The notes beneath the pieces are model-generated. The model was not told the DNA's origin. It saw only the letters and a program-made list of their open reading frames with translations, and did no database searches. Shown in pieces: positions 49,443-57,152 of a stretch of 64,000 nucleotides of DNA (its first letter is position 1; the number at the start of each line of letters is the position of its first letter). The translations under genes were made by a program, and so were the position numbers. Source of the DNA: Steroidobacteraceae bacterium (GTDB lineage: Bacteria > Pseudomonadota > Gammaproteobacteria > Steroidobacterales > Steroidobacteraceae); contig JBFWQO010000003.1 of the NCBI GenBank assembly GCA_050249415.1, positions 22,814 through 86,813 of the forward strand, in the 5' to 3' direction.

Positions 49443-50765
49443 TCAGGATTCCCGCAGAGCCGCGGTCACGGGCAGGCGTGCGGCGCGCACCGCGGGCAGG
49501 AGTCCCCCGATCAGCCCTATCGCGAGCGCCCAGCGCACGCCGGTCCCGAGCAGCTTCGGCGAGACATCGAAGCGAAAGACCACCTGGCTGAAATTCGCCC
49601 CCAGGGTCGATACCGCGTAATCGTTGAACAGGAACCACGCCACGGCCGCGCCGAGCACGCCGCCGAGCAACGCCAGCAGCATCGCCTCGAGCACGACGGA
49701 AACGAGCACCGGCGCCGCGCCGAAGCCGATGGCGCGCAAGGTCGCGACTTCACGTGCCCGTGCCGTGATCGCCGCATACATCGTGTTCAGCGCGCCGAAT
49801 ACCGCACCGATCGCCATGATCGAGGCGATCACGATGCCGACGATGCGGATGACCTTGCTCAGCTGTTCCGACTGGGCCGAGTAGTAATCGCGCGTGGTGC
49901 GCGCGTCGACCTTGAGCCGCGGATCGCTCGCGAGTGCCGCCTTGAACATGTCGAACGACCCGGGCGAGGCGAGCCGCACGGTCACCGACTGGAAGCCGTC
50001 GCGCCGGTAGGTGGAGGCGACCGTTTCCGCGTCCCCGACCAGCTCCGAGTCGTGCGCATCGCCCGATGCGAACACGCCGACTATCTGCCATTGCTGCGCA
50101 TTCAGGTTGATCGTCGCCCCGAGGTCGAGCCCGACGAACTGGCCGCGGGCGCCCTGGCCGACGACCAGTTCCCTGAGTCCCGGCTTGAACGCCCGGCCTG
50201 CGACGATGCGCAGGTTCGGGCGCAGTGCGAAGACCTGCGGGCCGACGCCACGGATCTCGACGTTCGCGTCCGTGCCGCTCGATTTCTTCGGGACATTGGC
50301 CACGACGACGATCTCGGCCGAGCCGATCGCGCTGCCTGCGGCGTCGCGCGCAATACCGGGTGCCTGCAGGATGAGCGTGGCGTCCTCGCGCGACAGTCCC
50401 GAGTCGAGTTCCGCGGTCGCTCCACCCCGCAGCACGATGGCCGTATCGCTGTTGCCCGTGCCGCGCAGCGTCTCCCTGAGCCCGCCCGCGAGAGCGAGGA
50501 GCGCGACCAGCACGCCTACGACACCGGCGATGCCGACCACGATCACGGATGAAGCGCCGATTCGCTGCGGCAGGGTCAGGAGACCCACCCAGGTCACGGC
50601 CGTCGCCTGCCGCCCGGTGCGCGTCACCGCCATCCACGCGATGAGCAGCGCGCCGCACGCGAGCAGCACGACAGCGGGCACCATCGTCCAGGCGATGATC
50701 GAAGCCGCGATCACGATGAACATTGCGAGGTAGCCGAGCCAGCGCCGGAGCGTCTGCATGCGCAT
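49443..50765 (-). CDS. ABC transporter permease, FtsX/MacB-like (permease 2 of the exporter)
   Basis: Large periplasmic domain between TM1 and TM2. C-terminal FtsX domain (ARAREVATLRAIGF...). About 60 aa of additional hydrophobic N-terminus if MRMQTL is the true start. Confidence 0.8.
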   Translation of the reverse strand: MRMQTLRRWLGYLAMFIVIAASIIAWTMVPAVVLLACGALLIAWMAVTRTGRQATAVTWVGLLTLPQRIGASSVIVVGIAGVVGVLVALLALAGGLRETLRGTGNSDTAIVLRGGATAELDSGLSREDATLILQAPGIARDAAGSAIGSAEIVVVANVPKKSSGTDANVEIRGVGPQVFALRPNLRIVAGRAFKPGLRELVVGQGARGQFVGLDLGATINLNAQQWQIVGVFASGDAHDSELVGDAETVASTYRRDGFQSVTVRLASPGSFDMFKAALASDPRLKVDARTTRDYYSAQSEQLSKVIRIVGIVIASIMAIGAVFGALNTMYAAITARAREVATLRAIGFGAAPVLVSVVLEAMLLALLGGVLGAAVAWFLFNDYAVSTLGANFSQVVFRFDVSPKLLGTGVRWALAIGLIGGLLPAVRAARLPVTAALRES

Positions 50766-50773
50766 CGCCTCCG

Positions 50774-51937
50774 TCAGCGCCCGGCGAGTGCGTCGACGAT
50801 CTTGAGGCGCATCGCGCGCAGCGCCGGCAGCACGCCGACGATCGCGCCGACCGCGACCATCAGCGCGAGGCCGAGCAGCCACGAACGCAAGCCGATCGGC
50901 GGCAGCTCGAGCATGCCGCCACTCGCGGCGCTCACGACGGGTATCAGGATCGAAGCGAGCGCGAGCCCGAGCACTCCGCCGATCACGGTGAGGAGCACCG
51001 ATTCCAGGAACACGAGCGCCAGCACGCTGCGGTCGGTGAACCCGAGCGTCTTCAGGATCGCGAGTTCCGGTATGCGCTCGCGCACCGCCTGTGCCATCGT
51101 ATTGCCGGTGAGCAGCATCAGCGTGAAGAACACCGCGCCGATGATCGCGGTGACGATGAGCCCGATGTCGCCGATCTGCTTCGCGTACGACAGGTTGAAC
51201 TCCTGTTCCGTCTGCGTCTTCGTCTCGTGGTCCGAGTTGGCGGACAGCGCGTCGATGCGCTGCGCGATTTCTGCCGAGCGCGCCGGATCCGCCACCCGCA
51301 CGACGATCCAGCCGACGCTGCCCTGGCCGTAGCCGTTCGCCTCGTCGAAGTACTGCCAGTGCAGCAGCACTTCCTGCTCGAGCGCGCGCGACTTCGCGTT
51401 CGGCGCCTCGTAGATACCCGCGATGTCGAATTGCCAGGTGGTCTCGCCGGTCGCCTTGTTCGGGAAGATCGACCCCATCACCGGCAGCTTGTCGCCGACC
51501 TTCCAGCCGAAGCGCCGGGCGAGCGCGGCGCCCACCAGCACATTCGTGCGTGCATCGTTGAACGCCGCCATCATGGGCGCCGAGACGCCGTAATCCGGGT
51601 AGACGTCGAAGTAGTCCGGTGCAATGGCGAGGATGATCAGCTGGTTCTTCGGCTCCCGGTAATAGCCGCCGAACCAGTTCGCCCACGTCGCCTCCTTCAC
51701 ACCGGGCACCGCCCGTACGCGTGCGACCAGGCTTTCCGGCAGCGGATGGATGATCGAGAAACGCGACGAGACGACCATGCGGTCGACGCCGGCGAGCGTG
51801 CCGCCGGCCTCGAAGGCGGCGCGCACGCCGTTCAGCAGGCCGAACAGCAGGAACGCCGCGAGTACCGAGAGGATCGTGAGCACGGTGCGCGTCTTGCGCC
51901 TCATCAGCGCCGCCCGGACGAGGTGCAGGTACTTCAT
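50774..51937 (-). CDS. ABC transporter permease, FtsX/MacB-like (permease 1)
   Basis: MKYLHLVRAALMRRKTRTVLTILSV..., then a periplasmic domain, then RIPELAILKTLGF and a C-terminal 3-TM bundle. Its ATG overlaps the ATPase stop. Confidence 0.8.
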   Translation of the reverse strand: MKYLHLVRAALMRRKTRTVLTILSVLAAFLLFGLLNGVRAAFEAGGTLAGVDRMVVSSRFSIIHPLPESLVARVRAVPGVKEATWANWFGGYYREPKNQLIILAIAPDYFDVYPDYGVSAPMMAAFNDARTNVLVGAALARRFGWKVGDKLPVMGSIFPNKATGETTWQFDIAGIYEAPNAKSRALEQEVLLHWQYFDEANGYGQGSVGWIVVRVADPARSAEIAQRIDALSANSDHETKTQTEQEFNLSYAKQIGDIGLIVTAIIGAVFFTLMLLTGNTMAQAVRERIPELAILKTLGFTDRSVLALVFLESVLLTVIGGVLGLALASILIPVVSAASGGMLELPPIGLRSWLLGLALMVAVGAIVGVLPALRAMRLKIVDALAGR

Positions 51938-52617
51938 GCGGCGGCCTCCACCAGCGTGCCTTTTTCGAGATGCAGCGTGTGGCTCGCGTGCTGCGCGGCC
52001 TTCGGGTCGTGCGTCACCATGATGATGGTCTTGCCGTGCTCGCGGTTCAGCACCTGCAGCAGCTGCAGCACGTCCTCGGCGGACTGGCGGTCGAGGTCGC
52101 CGGTCGGCTCGTCGCAGACGAGCAGCGCCGGATCGGAGATGATCGCGCGCGCGATCGCGACGCGCTGCTGCTGGCCGCCGGAGAGCTCGGTCGGCTTGTG
52201 CTGCGCGCGATCGGCGAGGTTCACGAGCTGCAGCGCGATGCCGGCATTGCGCTTGCGCTGCGCGGCCGTGAGCTTCGTGAGCAGCAGCGGCACCTCGACA
52301 TTCTTCTGTGCCGACAGCATCGGCAGCAGGTTGTAGAACTGGAAGACGAAGCCGACATGCGTCGCGCGCCATTTCGCGAGCGCCGCCCCGCGCAGCGTAT
52401 CGATGCGCTGCCCCGCGACGCTGATGCTGCCGCTCGTCGGCGAATCGAGGCCGCCGATCAGGTTGAGGAGCGTCGTCTTGCCCGACCCTGAAGGGCCCAT
52501 CAACGCGAGGAAATCGCCCGCCTGGATATCGAGGCTGACATGGTGCAGGACTTCGACCGACTGCCGCCCGCGCGAGTAGACCTTGCTCAGGTCGCGGATC
52601 TCCACCAATGCGCTCAT
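51934..52617 (-). CDS. ABC transporter ATP-binding protein (MacB/LolD-type)
   Basis: GPSGSGKTTLLN, LSGGQQQRVAIARA, LLVCDEPTGDLD. Confidence 0.9.
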   Translation of the reverse strand: MSALVEIRDLSKVYSRGRQSVEVLHHVSLDIQAGDFLALMGPSGSGKTTLLNLIGGLDSPTSGSISVAGQRIDTLRGAALAKWRATHVGFVFQFYNLLPMLSAQKNVEVPLLLTKLTAAQRKRNAGIALQLVNLADRAQHKPTELSGGQQQRVAIARAIISDPALLVCDEPTGDLDRQSAEDVLQLLQVLNREHGKTIIMVTHDPKAAQHASHTLHLEKGTLVEAAA

Positions 52618-53852
52618 GTGCCCGCCTCCACGATCCTTGCACCATCGGCCAGGTCTTTGCCCGGCTCACGCACGACCTTCGTGCCGGCTTCGATTCCTTC
52701 GACGAGGGTGAGATCGCCGAACGGCTGCCCCCGTTTCACCTTGCGTGCACGCACGCGCCCGCCCTCGACGACGAACACGACATTCGCGTCCCCGTGCGAC
52801 GTCACGGCACTGGCAGGCACGAGTACACCCGCCGGCGGCGCGACGGTGTCCTGCGGCGCCTCGCCCGCGAGGAACGACACGCGCACGCCCATGTCGGGCA
52901 GGATGCGCGGGTCTTTCCGGTCGAGGCCGATGCGCACTTTCACGGTCGCCTTGCCGCGATCGGCGGTCGGAATGATCGCGATCACGTGCGCCGGAATCGT
53001 CCAGTCCTGGTACGCGTCGAGCACGGCCTCCGCGGGCCCGCCGACGACGACGCGATTGATGTACGCCTCGTTCACGTCGACTTCGACTTCGAGCGAATCC
53101 ATGTCGACGAGCGTGCCGATGCCCGTGCGCGTGAAGCCGCCGCCCGCCGAGAGCGGCGAGACGATCTCGCCGACCTGGGCCGCCTTGGCGATCACGACAC
53201 CGGCGAACGGCGCACGCACCGTCGTGTAGTTCAGCTGCACCCCGGCACTTTCGCGTTGCGCGGCCGCGACGTGCACGGCCCCGCGCTGCGCGGCGAGTTG
53301 CGCCGCGAGCGATTCGACCTGCGTACGCGCACTCTCCACGGCCTGAGCGGCGACGAGCTGGCGCGCGACGAGATCCTGCTGCCGCACGTAGTCGCGCTGT
53401 GCCTGGTCGAGCTCGCTCGAGTATTGCCCCACCCGCGCGCGCGCTTCGGCGAGCTGTGCATCGGCCTGGGCGAGCGCCGCGCGCTGCGAGCGTGACTCGA
53501 GGCGTGCCAGCACCTGGCCGGCCGCGACATGCTCACCTTCCTCGATCAGCACCTCGGTCAGTTTGCCGGTGATCTGCGCAGACACCGTCGCCTGGCGTCG
53601 TGCGGTGACATAGCCGGTCGCCTGCAGCACGGCCGCGGCGCCGGAGCCCTGGGCGGCGGGAGCCGAGGCGACCGCGACCTGAACGGCGACGGGCGCATGG
53701 GCGCTGCGCCACCCCCAGAATGCGCCGGCGGACAGTACGACGACCGCGGCAAGGCCACCGACCAGCCAGTGGCGGCGCGCCGACCCGTCGTCTTCGCTGC
53801 GATCGATGCGCAACTGGCCGAGCAGCTGTCCCTTGTCGCTCGTATCGTTCAT
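52614..53852 (-). CDS. Periplasmic adaptor (HlyD/MacA membrane-fusion family)
   Basis: N-terminal TM, lipoyl/coiled-coil hairpin (long Ala/Gln-rich helices), beta-barrel C-terminal part. First gene of the exporter operon. Confidence 0.85.
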   Translation of the reverse strand: MNDTSDKGQLLGQLRIDRSEDDGSARRHWLVGGLAAVVVLSAGAFWGWRSAHAPVAVQVAVASAPAAQGSGAAAVLQATGYVTARRQATVSAQITGKLTEVLIEEGEHVAAGQVLARLESRSQRAALAQADAQLAEARARVGQYSSELDQAQRDYVRQQDLVARQLVAAQAVESARTQVESLAAQLAAQRGAVHVAAAQRESAGVQLNYTTVRAPFAGVVIAKAAQVGEIVSPLSAGGGFTRTGIGTLVDMDSLEVEVDVNEAYINRVVVGGPAEAVLDAYQDWTIPAHVIAIIPTADRGKATVKVRIGLDRKDPRILPDMGVRVSFLAGEAPQDTVAPPAGVLVPASAVTSHGDANVVFVVEGGRVRARKVKRGQPFGDLTLVEGIEAGTKVVREPGKDLADGARIVEAGT

Positions 53853-53903
53853 GTTAAATGTTATATATTAATGTCTTACGAACTATTATTCATGCTTTAC
53901 TTG

Positions 53904-53987
53904 TGCCCCAGGCCGGACTCGAACCGGCACGACCTCGCGGTCAACGGATTTTAAGTCCGTAGCGTCTACCGATTTCGCCACCGGGGC
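53904..53987 (-). tRNA. leuZ: tRNA-Leu (anticodon UAA)
   Basis: The reverse complement folds as a class II tRNA. Acceptor GCCCCGG/CTGGGGC, D-arm GCGAAATCGGTAGACGC, anticodon stem-loop ACGGA-CTTAAAA-TCCGT, long variable arm, T-arm GCCGGTTCGAGTCCGGC. CCA is not encoded. Confidence 0.9.
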
Positions 53988-54032
53988 ATGGATGCACCAA
54001 GGACGGGCCGCCGCACATTATGCCGACAGGCG

Positions 54033-54106
54033 TGGAGGCTAGGGTCGGAATCGAACCGGCGTACACGGCTTTGCAGGCCGCTGCATGACCACTCTGCCAC
54101 CTAGCC
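54033..54106 (-). tRNA. cysT: tRNA-Cys (anticodon GCA)
   Basis: The reverse complement is GGCTAGGTGGCAGAGTGGTCATGCAGCGGCCTGCAAAGCCGTGTACGCCGGTTCGATTCCGACCCTAGCCTCCA. Anticodon loop CTGCAAA. CCA is encoded. Confidence 0.92.
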
Positions 54107-54124
54107 GGCGGACCCGAACGAGAC

Positions 54125-54142
54125 TGGAGCGGGAAACGAGAC
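54125..54142 (-). repeat. Orphan 18-nt copy of the 3' end of tRNA-Gly(GCC); att-type boundary repeat of the ICE
   Basis: The minus strand reads GTCTCGTTTCCCGCTCCA, which equals the last 18 nt of E. coli-type tRNA-Gly(GCC) (...GAGTTCGAGTCTCGTTTCCCGCTCCA). The bases 5' of it (CCTAGTAAAC) do not continue a tRNA. It lies 18 nt upstream of the tRNA-Cys 5' end. Confidence 0.8.
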
Positions 54143-54210
54143 GTTTACTAGGCGCGTAAGTCGTTGTTTCCCAAACAATTTCTTCGCCGAGGTGACCAGC
54201 GAAGACCTCA

Positions 54211-54239
54211 ATTGTAGCCTTGTTTTTCGTCCCCGGCAA
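54211..54239 (-). promoter_or_regulatory. Candidate sigma70 promoter facing outward from the ICE end toward tRNA-Cys/tRNA-Leu
   Basis: The minus strand reads TTGCCG-N17-TACAAT (-35 at 54239-54234, -10 at 54216-54211). About 60 nt inside the att repeat and about 100 nt upstream of the tRNA-Cys 5' end. Confidence 0.4.
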
Positions 54240-54245
54240 CAAGTT

Positions 54246-54275
54246 CGTCCAAAGAAATCCATCGACGTCCAAAGA
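54246..54275. repeat. Two direct copies of CGTCCAAAGA spaced 20 bp, just upstream of the outward promoter
   Basis: Copies at 54246-54255 and 54266-54275. The spacing equals two helical turns. Confidence 0.5.
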
Positions 54276-54915
54276 CGCACACTCCGCGCACCAGACCCGC
54301 ACCCCGCACATCGCCATCCGCGTGGACTCGAACTAGCCCCCCATATCCCGTTCTCTGCTTCCGCATCTTCACCGCGATGCCGACTAGGCAGCAGGCTTCC
54401 GATGTCGGGGCGATTCGAATGCCACCGTGGAAAGGTGCGCACCGCGCATCGCGGCGCCCATCTGCGCAAGCCACGCCGGAAGAACGCACACCCTAGCCAT
54501 GGTGCGTGGACGCGATTCTTTATGGATATATCAGCATGCCAGGATGAGCATGACAGGCGCGGATTCGGTGCGTCCGGCTGGACGTTGGATGACGATTGCC
54601 CTCCCCTTCGCACCCCTTGAGACCGTTGGCATATCAGGCCATACCCAGACGGTTTTGCAGAGGCCGCAAATTCTTACGACCCTGATAGCGAGAGCGTCAC
54701 TGTCGAGCCTGCGTCCTGATGCTCGGTCTTCTAGTCGATGAATTTTTACACATCGAGCACACGACGGCTACCAGTAGCGCCGACTGGTAAGAGGTACTCA
54801 AGCCCAATGACGAAGCCGCCCTCGGGGCTCGCGTCCTGCACAGACAACACGCCGATCATGAGGTCGGCGGCAAAGGAGTCGGCCATGTAGTTCTTGTCCT
54901 GGAAGGAGACGGAGC

Positions 54916-55671
54916 ATGCACGAGAACAAGAATGATGCACCCACATCAAAGGTGTTCTATCGCCCGATCGAAGCGTCCATCCGCTGGGCCGGGCTGCTGC
55001 GGTACGAGCAGGCGATCCTGGCCTCGATTTCGTCGCCCCGGAACCTGCCACTTTCGCTGGACTGCCCACGCTGGGGCGAACTGCGGCTGTACACCGAACG
55101 CATCTATGACGGCATTCTCAATGGGGAACTGCCATTCGGGCGGGACGGCATCACGACGCACGACACCGAACTGATCGACTCTCTCGATCTCACCGTCCGC
55201 CATGTCGATCTGAAGCGCTGGATGCGCCAGCACTACCCCGAACAGCGTCCAGGCTTTCTCTTCTCCCGCAGCGAGCGCATCACCCATCCCTTCATCTCGC
55301 TGGAGACCGGGCAAGCCATGCTGGTTGAACAGCTCGCCCTGAAATCCGCCTTGGAGCAGTCCAAGCGCCAACTTCGCGAGCTGCAGGACAAGCACGACGC
55401 GCTGCTCAAGCAGTCCACGGTGATTCCCGCCTGCGCGCAGTGCCCAATCAGCGATCGGGCCGAGGCCACCTACCTGAACATCATCGGGGGCATGCTGGAG
55501 TTGATGCTCGGCCAGTCGCCCTCGGGTGCGCCGTACTCCAGCTTCGAGACGCAAGAGGCCGTAGTCAGCGCACTGGTCGCCCATCACCACGGCGTCATGG
55601 GGATCGCCGAGCGGACATTGAACGGCAAGTTCGCCACGGCCCGGCGCCGGCTGCATAGCGCCACCCTCTGA
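54916..55671 (+). CDS. Outermost ICE gene, 251-aa protein of unknown fold; positional equivalent of the ICEclc regulator BisR
   Basis: Clean ATG ORF with a central coiled-coil-like segment (QLALKSALEQSKRQLRELQDKHDALLKQ). First gene inside the ICE end, immediately upstream of alpA. BisR equivalence rests on position and size only. Confidence 0.5.
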   Translation: MHENKNDAPTSKVFYRPIEASIRWAGLLRYEQAILASISSPRNLPLSLDCPRWGELRLYTERIYDGILNGELPFGRDGITTHDTELIDSLDLTVRHVDLKRWMRQHYPEQRPGFLFSRSERITHPFISLETGQAMLVEQLALKSALEQSKRQLRELQDKHDALLKQSTVIPACAQCPISDRAEATYLNIIGGMLELMLGQSPSGAPYSSFETQEAVVSALVAHHHGVMGIAERTLNGKFATARRRLHSATL

Positions 55672-55702
55672 AGATTTCCAGCTTGTATGTGCAGTCGCGG
55701 AG

Positions 55703-55746
55703 ATTGCATTTGCAATGTCTTTTCGCAGTCATGTCTATTGAATAGA
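55703..55746 (+). promoter_or_regulatory. Two short palindromes in the alpA upstream region (candidate operators)
   Basis: ATTGCA-TT-TGCAAT (55703-55716) and TCTATT-G-AATAGA (55734-55746). These lie 44-87 nt upstream of the alpA ATG. Confidence 0.3.
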
Positions 55747-55789
55747 GGTCACGCCAACAAACGCCACTGAGCGTTCAGGAGTGACCGCC

Positions 55790-56002
55790 ATGTCGCAAAC
55801 ACCTGTACTGCAACCAAACGAGCGCCGCATCCTGCGCCTGGAAGAAGTGGAAGCGAAGTCCGGCTTCAAGCGTGCCCACATCTACAACCTGATGAAGAAG
55901 CGCCAGTTCCCGCAAGCGCTGCGCTTGGGTGTGCGCGCGGTCGGCTGGGATTCCATCGAGATCGATCAGTGGATCGCCGAGCGCGTCAACAACCGGGCCT
56001 GA
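55790..56002 (+). CDS. alpA: AlpA-family (phage/ICE) transcriptional regulator
   Basis: RILRLEEVEAKSGFKRAHIYNLMKKRQFPQALRLGVRAVGWDSIEIDQWI. AGGAG SD 8 nt upstream of the ATG at 55790. Confidence 0.85.
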   Translation: MSQTPVLQPNERRILRLEEVEAKSGFKRAHIYNLMKKRQFPQALRLGVRAVGWDSIEIDQWIAERVNNRA

Positions 56003-56044
56003 CCCGTTCTCCCGCGGACCTTCCATCCTCACACGGAGAACGCC

Positions 56045-56920
56045 ATGCAGGTTGTATCCATCATTTCCACGAAAGGTGGCGTCGGCAAGACCACCACGGC
56101 AGCGAACCTGGGCGGACTCATCGCCGACGCGGGGCTGCGCGTGCTGCTGCTCGATCTCGACGTGCAGCCCACCTTGTCGTCCTACTACGAGTTGGCTCAC
56201 CGCGCGCTTGGAGGCATCTATGAGCTGCTGGCCTTCAACGAGCGCGACCTCGGCCAGCTCGTGTCCCGCACGACCGTCGCCGGCCTGGACCTGGTGCTGT
56301 CCAACGACCACCGCGGCGAGCTGAACACCTTGCTGCTGCACGCGCCGGACGGGCGTCTGCGGCTGCGGCACCTGCTGCCCGTGCTGGCACCCATCTACGA
56401 CCTGGTGCTGATCGACACCCAGGGCGCGCGCTCGGTGATGTTGGAGATGGCGGTGCTCGCCTCCGATATCGCGCTGTCGCCCGTGACCCCGGAAATTCTC
56501 GCCGCCCGCGAACTGCGACGCGGCACCATGCAGTTGCTCGAAGACATCGCGCCGTACCGGCATCTCGGCATCGAGCCGCCACCGCTGCACCTGCTCATCA
56601 ACCGCGTCCACCCCGTGTCGGCGAACGCCCGGCTGATTCAGCAGGCCCTGCGCGACCTGTTCCAAGACCACGCCGGCATCCGCGTGCTGACCACCGACGT
56701 GCCGGCCATCGAAGCCTATCCGCGCGCCGCAACGCGCGGCCTGCCGGTACACCGCGTCGAGTATCGCCAGCCGCCGGGCAGAGTCGCCCCCGCTGCGATC
56801 GACACCATGCGCAGCCTCGCCAGCGAATTGTTCCCGCAGTGGCAGCACCGATTTGCCACGGTATCCGGCCGCCCGCCATTTCCTCTTGATACCGGGAGGC
56901 CTCATGGCGAACGCACATGA
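56045..56920 (+). CDS. parA: ParA-family partition ATPase
   Basis: Deviant Walker A: VVSIISTKGGVGKTTTAANLG. LLLDLDVQ, LIDTQG. Confidence 0.9.
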   Translation: MQVVSIISTKGGVGKTTTAANLGGLIADAGLRVLLLDLDVQPTLSSYYELAHRALGGIYELLAFNERDLGQLVSRTTVAGLDLVLSNDHRGELNTLLLHAPDGRLRLRHLLPVLAPIYDLVLIDTQGARSVMLEMAVLASDIALSPVTPEILAARELRRGTMQLLEDIAPYRHLGIEPPPLHLLINRVHPVSANARLIQQALRDLFQDHAGIRVLTTDVPAIEAYPRAATRGLPVHRVEYRQPPGRVAPAAIDTMRSLASELFPQWQHRFATVSGRPPFPLDTGRPHGERT

Positions 56921-57152
56921 ACTGGCCCGAGGCCACCAGCGGCTGCGCGCCCTGATCGAGTTCGCAGTCGGCGAGGGCTGGCACGTCAAGCGCACGCCAG
57001 GCGGCCACCTCAAATTCACCAAGGCAGGTTGCGCCGCGATCTACACCAGTTCGACGGCCAGCGACCACCGCGCGTCCCTCAACGCCCGTGCGCAGATCCG
57101 CCGCGCCGAACGCGAGACCCGCCCTCCTGCACAGGGACGCAGTCATGGCTGA
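56904..57152 (+). CDS. Small HicA-like-fold protein nested between parA and the parB-like gene (position of shi in ICEclc)
   Basis: 82 aa. EGWHVKRTPGGHLKFTKAGCAAIYTSSTASDHRA resembles the HicA G-x-x-x-x-R-x-x-GSH-x-x-F core. Overlaps the parA 3' end by 17 nt and the parB-like start by 8 nt. Confidence 0.5.
   Translation: MANAHELARGHQRLRALIEFAVGEGWHVKRTPGGHLKFTKAGCAAIYTSSTASDHRASLNARAQIRRAERETRPPAQGRSHG

Noticed and set aside
53853-53903. AT-rich stretch upstream of the adaptor gene containing GTTATATAT, reminiscent of a ModE half-site and of the AT-rich patch at 35095-35130.
   Set aside because: Only one half-site-like element, with no inverted partner at N6 spacing. The similarity to 35095-35130 is compositional (shared ATGTTAAAT). 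It is most simply a promoter/-10-rich region.
54033-54106. tRNA-Cys as the integration target of the ICE.
   Set aside because: The tRNA-Cys 3' end faces away from the ICE, toward tRNA-Leu. The element side abuts its 5' end. The actual att-like repeat is the tRNA-Gly 3' 18-mer at 54125-54142.
54320-54340. GTGGACTCGAACTAGCC, which looks like the reverse complement of a tRNA T-arm (possible tRNA remnant or second att).
   Set aside because: The flanking bases cannot form a T-stem (CGTGG versus TAGCC are not complementary). No acceptor or anticodon arm can be drawn.
54101-54886. ORFs in the ICE-end leader: 54101..54613(-), 54192..54620(+), 54427..54741(+), and a 46-aa ORF at 54746..54886(-).
   Set aside because: They are mutually overlapping on opposite strands. 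One runs through the att repeat into tRNA-Cys flanking sequence. None has a ribosome-binding site or recognisable motif. The region is better explained as regulatory DNA.
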